A stretch of DNA of 64,000 nucleotides from Selaginella moellendorffii (Eukaryota; Plantae; Lycopodiophyta). Positions 61,193 through 64,000 of this stretch are shown piece by piece. Position 1 is the first letter of the stretch; each line of letters starts with the position of its first letter. Location of the stretch: NCBI RefSeq assembly GCF_000143415.4, contig NW_003314273.1, positions 2,666,719-2,730,718 on the forward strand, written 5' to 3'. Below the pieces are notes generated by a model. It ran no database searches. It had not been told where the DNA came from and saw nothing but the letters and a program-made list of their open reading frames with translations. The position numbers were made by a program, and so were the translations under genes.

Positions 61193-62499
61193 TTCTAGAG
61201 AATCATTTATTACTTGCTTTGAGCTCATTCCTTGAGCCCTTCTTGAGAGTTCCATTCTCACTTTTGACTTTTCAAGTTGAAGCTTTCAGTCCAAACGTGT
61301 TACACTTGTTTAGCTTCCGCTTCAACCACTACCACATGGCACCCTTTTGGCTCCACTTTGGGGTTTAGGGATTTGTGTCTCATATGATGGTGAATGTTGA
61401 TGAATTGAATGAAATTAAACGGCCTTATGTATGAGTTGTGTCAACTTGAATTGCAAGTTGTTGTGGTAATGTGCATCTTAAAAGTGCAACATAGAGCTAC
61501 CCATCAGTAAAGATTAGTTGGAAGTAGATGCCTCTACGATCAAATGTTTGATATTGGCACTTTGAAATTGTCAAGTAGTATTCAAGACAAAGAGGAAATT
61601 GTTTTTAAGACATATAAAATGGAACATTTAAATTAGAGGGTGTTAAGTTAATGCATGGGATAAAAGTTCTAGTACCTTTAAATTCATCTATAATTATTTC
61701 ATAGTTCTAAACTTTAGGCAAATTTCTTTTGACCATTAATCAAGTCCCATTGCATAATCCAATTGTTGGAGACATGTTTCTCAGAAAAATACCTATACAA
61801 CCTTCAATTAGTATCAATTTGTATAGTGGCAGTCTAGAGGAGTGATAGAATTTAGAAATTCAATTGGGAAATCTTTAAAATATTCAGTATCAATGGAGTT
61901 AATGCTAGTGTAAATTTGATACTATTTTAAAATTGTTGAAGGAGTCACACTTTTTTTATGAAGAAGAATAATACATAAGTGATACAATTTGGTATTTAGA
62001 GGAGATATTGAGTATAATCAAGGAATAACCTTTTTATTTTTCTGACATTGCCATACATTAGCAGATTTATTAAAAACATAATATAAAGGTATTTGAACAT
62101 ATATATATATTGTTTTGCATTTGGATCATGAATATTGAATTCCAACCACCCTCACACCACAGCATTTCATCTCTAGAGCTCTTCTGACCAATGGGTATTT
62201 GATCATTATCCCCTTGGACTAACTATCACCCTACCACCATAATGAAGGCTATCATCTTTGTCCCCATTGTTCCCCATTTACAAAATCAATGGTGAACGTT
62301 TTGCACTTTACTAGCAACGGGTGGCAAAATTGTGGAACTCTAATATTTCTTCTATACACCTACCAAGCATGCTTTATTGCTCTTTTGTGTCATCACCATA
62401 GCTGCCTAATATATTTTCCCATAACGCAAGATAAATCACATTAGTAGGTCCCTAAGAGTTGTTTGGTGGGATGACAAATGTGGTCAACTTCATCGAATT

Positions 62500-63700
62500 A
62501 AACAACAAAAAGTCAAACAAAGTGCTTCTAATGTAGCAATTTTCCAGCAATATTTTCAATGACTATGTAAATGGAAATAACACTAATATTGTATTCAGAA
62601 GAACTTAGAGAATGTACGGCAATTTTAAATATCACTTCATAAAACCTCCAAGATTTTCAAAAATCCTGTAAATCCCATCCTTCTCAACAACATTAAGATT
62701 TGGGTGAACTACTTTAGACAGCTTTACACTCAGCACATAAAAGACTCTACCACTTCCCAATCACAAGCTCCAATCCAATTTAGTAAAAATGACATTCTCA
62801 CTACGATTGATCGTCTTCGCAAACAAAAAGCCCTACATACCTGGGGTCTCACAGCTGAATTGCTCCAAGCATATGACAAGAAGTTCCTAGCATGCATACT
62901 CTGCCCAATCTTTGAACAAGCAGCAAATGAAAATTTCCCTTAATAATGGACTTTAAACCATGTAAATCTGGAGATTCTATGGTCCAAGAAAATTATCAAA
63001 CCATTATGGTGAGCTATCTTCTCCATAATTCTAGAGCATCACCTTGTCTCTTGGAGTGAGACCAACTCCAAACAAGTTGCTGGCTTTCAACCTAAATTAG
63101 ATCATCTCCATCACACTGTGAACTGTGTATGAATGAATGATACACAAGAAGAAGAAATTGTTTTATTGCTTTATAGACTTTTGTAAAGCATTAAAGCATT
63201 TGACATAATCCCATGAAAGGAACTTTTTCAGTGACTTTGAGAGCCAAATATTCCACCAAAGTTGGTATAGGCCATTCAACAACTCTATATAACAATACTT
63301 GTAGAATATCCAGGAAGTCGACCAGTGGAATGCATAATAAGCAAGACTGTCCCTTATCCCCTATGTTGTTTAGATTGTACATTGATATTTGAAACACTTC
63401 TTCACGACGAAAATCTTTTTGACATTCTACCTCCTCCTATATGCAGGTGATTTGCTCCTGTTTTCCACAACTCGTCAAGGCCTCTAGCACCAGCTAGATT
63501 TTCTTGTGACCTTCTGATAAACTACTGGTTTATTTGTGAACCTTATGAAAACATAGATCATGGTATTTGGTCATCCATGACAACGAAGTGACAACAATGA
63601 CCTCCATTACCAACACCACTTGCTGGTCAAAGTAGAAAATTACAAGTATTGGGTATATGGTCCACCACAAGAATCCCTAGAAGGCTAGGACAATAGAATG
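62500..63700 (+). mobile_element. Decayed non-LTR (LINE) reverse transcriptase relic
   Basis: KALHTWGLTAELL...PIFEQ...FP**W; CFIDFCKA; KQDCPLSPMLFRLYID; LLYAGDLLLF (YADD motif). Confidence 0.8.
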
Positions 63701-64000
63701 CATTCAAGGAGCCACAAGAGCATATTACTCACTCCAGAGTGATCTCAAGCAAGCTTTGGAGGAGGACAAGAGAGATCCTTGCTACTACTGCTACCACTGC
63801 TGCTGATGCTAGCATATTTGTTTCAAGCGCATTGGCAGTGAAGCAGAGCAGCAAGGATTCTTGGTATTTTTGATAGGATGCAAAGTGATCACTATCCTCA
63901 CATATGCTAGGGAGGTTTGGGGTCTTGGACTACCACGAATGATATAGAGATAAATGGAACAACTTAACCGTTGGTTCCTGAATATTGAATTTGGCTGCAA

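Noticed and set aside
60895-61368. 157-aa ORF
   Set aside because: Translation of the 6/12-bp tandem repeat.

Overview
Repeat-rich plant nuclear DNA. The 47-69 nt introns and CYP72-clan P450s suggest a compact lycophyte-type genome such as Selaginella (inference). The only recognisable host genes are three recent paralogs of a 5-exon cytochrome P450. Copies 1 and 2 form a head-to-head inverted duplication, and copy 3 lies 46 kb away with an assembly gap and a 1-nt frameshift. The rest is transposon-derived: a complete Gypsy element (37365-48111, TSD CGATC), an LTR element with a decayed interior (29178-37067, TSD GTGGC) carrying a nested TRIM (TSD ATAAC), several Gypsy/Copia/LINE relics and a P-element-like transposase relic. 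The stand-out is a ~13 kb DNA-transposon-like unit (~13.4-26.5 kb) with two divergent genes. One is a Sola1-like DDD transposase. The other is a spliced ~1,640-aa protein that I read as a ParB/Srx-like domain, a degenerate beta-class DNA amino-methyltransferase fold and an FCP1/NIF-type HAD phosphatase domain. About 30 copies of a 22-bp palindrome (ATGGCRTGWGGCCWCAYGCCAT) are scattered across this unit, in introns, next to stop codons and inside exons. This suggests an element-encoded protein/cognate-site system (ParB/parS-like, or VANC-like anti-silencing). All domain calls were made by eye from motifs and need profile/structure searches.
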